The notes under the pieces are model-generated. The model searched no databases and was not told the DNA's origin. It saw only the letters and a program-made list of their open reading frames with translations. The translations under genes and the position numbers were made by a program. From Candidatus Thorarchaeota archaeon (GTDB lineage Archaea; Asgardarchaeota; Thorarchaeia; Thorarchaeales; Thorarchaeaceae), in NCBI GenBank assembly GCA_046482545.1, contig JAWOEX010000010.1:160001-224000 (forward strand): 64,000 nucleotides of DNA, read 5' to 3'. Shown here one piece after another: positions 61,700 to 64,000 of this stretch (position 1 is the stretch's first letter; every line of letters starts with the position of its first letter).

Positions 61700-62173
61700 T
61701 TAGCCTGGAACCGGGGGCCAGCTACCTTGGATTTTGCGATTAGCAACAATTTGACCGATGTGATATGAGTTGTGCAATTCAAGAATCATGAAGGCTCGAG
61801 CAGCAGGCATATCTCGCCATCGATGAAGAGGTGTATCAGCATCTATATTCTCAATGACTCGCTCCGCTTCTTCAATTCCGTGCTCGAATTTGTCCACTAG
61901 TTCGTCCCACGAATGAGCTTCTTGCTCTTCGTAAGATGGCCAATCCGATTCCGCTGCTTCTTCCCAATTAACAGGTTTTCCTCTGATTGCATCAAGTATA
62001 CGTTCCTGCCAATACACAGTATGGTAGAGTAACTCCCAAGAAGAAAACTGATCTGGATTGAGTTCCTGAGCAGCTTTCTTGTGGCTGAGACCGCTCAATG
62101 CTTCAACAGGGTCAACATGTGAAAGGTCCGCGGTTAATCCGTTAGTCAATATTTCTCTGATTACGCCTTCCAT
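61700..62173 (-). CDS. DinB family protein
   Basis: SSWELLYHTVYW, HNSYHIGQI. Confidence 0.88.
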   Translation of the reverse strand: MEGVIREILTNGLTADLSHVDPVEALSGLSHKKAAQELNPDQFSSWELLYHTVYWQERILDAIRGKPVNWEEAAESDWPSYEEQEAHSWDELVDKFEHGIEEAERVIENIDADTPLHRWRDMPAARAFMILELHNSYHIGQIVANRKIQGSWPPVPG

Positions 62174-62257
62174 GATTTCCTCCTCTGAAAAGATCGATTT
62201 CTTGTATATTGTTAAGATATGATAGGTTTCAAGGTTTGCCTTTCCGAACCTCCGAGA

Positions 62258-63463
62258 TTAGAAGAGCATTTTGAGACCGGTGAGAGCATGCCGGCTCAGC
62301 ACCCGCCACATCAACGATTTGCGCAAGTCGGTATAGGACCTGAGCCCTCCAATAAGATCAGTCATGTGACTGCGCATGACCTCGTCTCGCGAAGCCATCT
62401 GAATAATGCGTTCCATGTTTTCTTCGGAGTTGAACAACAAATTGGCCAAGAAATTGGCAGCATCCATGTCCTTTCCAATTCCTTCTTTCCATCTCCTCTG
62501 ATACTCACGAGTACCATCCACATTTCCTTTAAGAGTTCCAGCAACAACCTCAGCGGCTATATGACCCGTATCTATAGCGTAGTAAATACCTTCTCCCGTA
62601 GCAGGTGAGACAAAACCAGCGGCATCACCAACCAGCATGATTCTGTTGGATATCGTGTTCTCGATTGGGCCAGCTAGAGGGACACGCCATGCCGTCTCTC
62701 TGCTCAAATCCAAATCTACTGAATACATGTCTTCGAATTCGAAAACAAACTCACTCCAAGCATCCTTGAGATTTTTTGCAAACGGCATCAAACATCCCAT
62801 CCCCAGTGAGATTTCGCCCCTCTTCGGAAAGCACCAAGCATACCCATGCTCCAGACCGCCAAAGTAGATTTGGATGCAGATCCTTCCTGATTCATAGGGA
62901 GCCAATGTTATTCTCTCAATTTCTTCGTCATCCATCGGGATTGGGGCCTCCATACAGAGACCAATCGCTTCCTGCTCCCAGCGTTTCATGATACCGGAAG
63001 TTCGAGCTACCTTACTGTTGACTCCGTCTGCACCAACTAGATACTTGCCAGTAAAGCGATCACCATCTTGAGTGTAGGCTTCAACTTGGTTGGTGGCCTC
63101 AATGACATCAACGACTTCCATGTTTTGTTGAACTTCAGCCCCAGCCCCAATCGCCTTGTCCAGAAGCAGTTTATCGAAGACCTCCCGTTTCACAGTGTAC
63201 CCAGTTATTTCATCATTGGTACACACAACTTTCGTTCTCGAAGGCGAGAATAGATGGGAGCCACTACTTTCGCGGTCGATTGCGGAAGATATATCGAAAT
63301 CCAGTAGGTCGGGTAATCCTGCTCTGAACCCACCTCCGCAAGCCTTCCTTCGTGGGTGTTCCTCCTTCTCGAGAAGAAGGACATCCAATCCTTCTTGGGC
63401 TGCTCTTCGCGCACATGATGCACCAGCGGGGCCGCCGCCAACAACTATCAAGTCACGGGTCAA
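62258..63463 (-). CDS. Geranylgeranyl reductase family flavoprotein
   Basis: GGGPAG, KACGG, GYAWCFPK, VGDAAG...TGEGI. Confidence 0.92.
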   Translation of the reverse strand: MTRDLIVVGGGPAGASCARRAAQEGLDVLLLEKEEHPRRKACGGGFRAGLPDLLDFDISSAIDRESSGSHLFSPSRTKVVCTNDEITGYTVKREVFDKLLLDKAIGAGAEVQQNMEVVDVIEATNQVEAYTQDGDRFTGKYLVGADGVNSKVARTSGIMKRWEQEAIGLCMEAPIPMDDEEIERITLAPYESGRICIQIYFGGLEHGYAWCFPKRGEISLGMGCLMPFAKNLKDAWSEFVFEFEDMYSVDLDLSRETAWRVPLAGPIENTISNRIMLVGDAAGFVSPATGEGIYYAIDTGHIAAEVVAGTLKGNVDGTREYQRRWKEGIGKDMDAANFLANLLFNSEENMERIIQMASRDEVMRSHMTDLIGGLRSYTDLRKSLMWRVLSRHALTGLKMLF

Positions 63464-63602
63464 CGTATCATATCTCCAACTTGATAGGTCAATCTAGAGC
63501 CGCGCTACTTATCTGTTTTCGATAGAATGCTAAGCAGATTACGTCAAAACATGAATATTACAGTCTGATGGCGGCATACTGAAAGATTCTGAATTAACAG
63601 CA

Positions 63603-64000
63603 TCAATACGATCTGAAGCCTTTTGGCAATTCACTTAGATACTCCTTGAAGCCGTCAGGCCATTTCTCTGAATCAAGTCCGTTCTGTGCGAGAAATACGA
63701 CAGCCCAACGCTCAAGTCCGATTCCACTGCATCCTGACCAGAGATCGCCCTTCTGGGTCTTTATTGTAAATGCATCGGTGAATTTGTCACCTGCAATAGT
63801 CAGGTTCTGGAATTCAAGCCAGCTATCATTATCGGAATTGTCACCACGGTACGGAAGAAATGCCTCAAAATCGATGGTTCCCAGAATATGCTCTGTTTCA
63901 TCTTCAACACCATCTTGTCCCGATTGCTGCATATACCAGGGTGTGACCCAAGCCATCCGCCAATTAATCTCAAGAATATCATCGAAAACATGATGGAAAC
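63603..64000 (-). CDS. serS: Seryl-tRNA synthetase, methanogen-type, C-terminal part (starts outside the window)
   Basis: AWVTPWY, TIDFEA, WLEFQN, WSGCSGIGLERW; frame is open to the window edge. Confidence 0.88.
   Translation of the reverse strand, partial: FHHVFDDILEINWRMAWVTPWYMQQSGQDGVEDETEHILGTIDFEAFLPYRGDNSDNDSWLEFQNLTIAGDKFTDAFTIKTQKGDLWSGCSGIGLERWAVVFLAQNGLDSEKWPDGFKEYLSELPKGFRSY

Noticed and set aside
1-64000. CRISPR arrays, tRNA or rRNA genes, intact transposases; many short antisense ORFs in the track
   Set aside because: No regularly spaced repeats, cloverleafs or transposase motifs were recognised by eye; the short ORFs are shadows of well-supported genes.

Overview
Archaeal chromosomal window, most likely an Asgard archaeon (Thorarchaeota-like). 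This is an inference from the proteasome alpha subunit, archaeal DTD2, geranylgeranyl reductase, methanogen-type SerRS, a CIA2/MIP18-like protein, a Rab-like pseudo-GTPase and a eukaryote-type SECIS. Most of the window is housekeeping or metabolic: a beta-oxidation/acyl-CoA cluster with ADP-forming acetyl-CoA synthetase, NAD salvage, TusA/IscS/IscU, corrinoid activation and many HTH regulators. There are two main discoveries. (1) The ORF called at 34795 appears to start at 34600 and read through an in-frame TGA in a C-S-S-U-G motif. It is followed directly by a canonical eukaryote-like SECIS (ATGA-N11-AA-N18-GA, 35403-35440) whose core UGA is the gene's own stop codon. This is a candidate new selenoprotein family that I cannot match to the Asgard selenoproteins I know. 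(2) A multicopy non-coding element of about 0.55 kb has covarying hairpins (UNCG/GNRA loop swaps) and an inverted-repeat-N28 end motif. Two head-to-head copies replace the middle of a ThiF/MoeB gene, with further remnants near 14.3-15.2 kb and 30.9 kb. All assignments come from reading motifs by eye; no database search was run.
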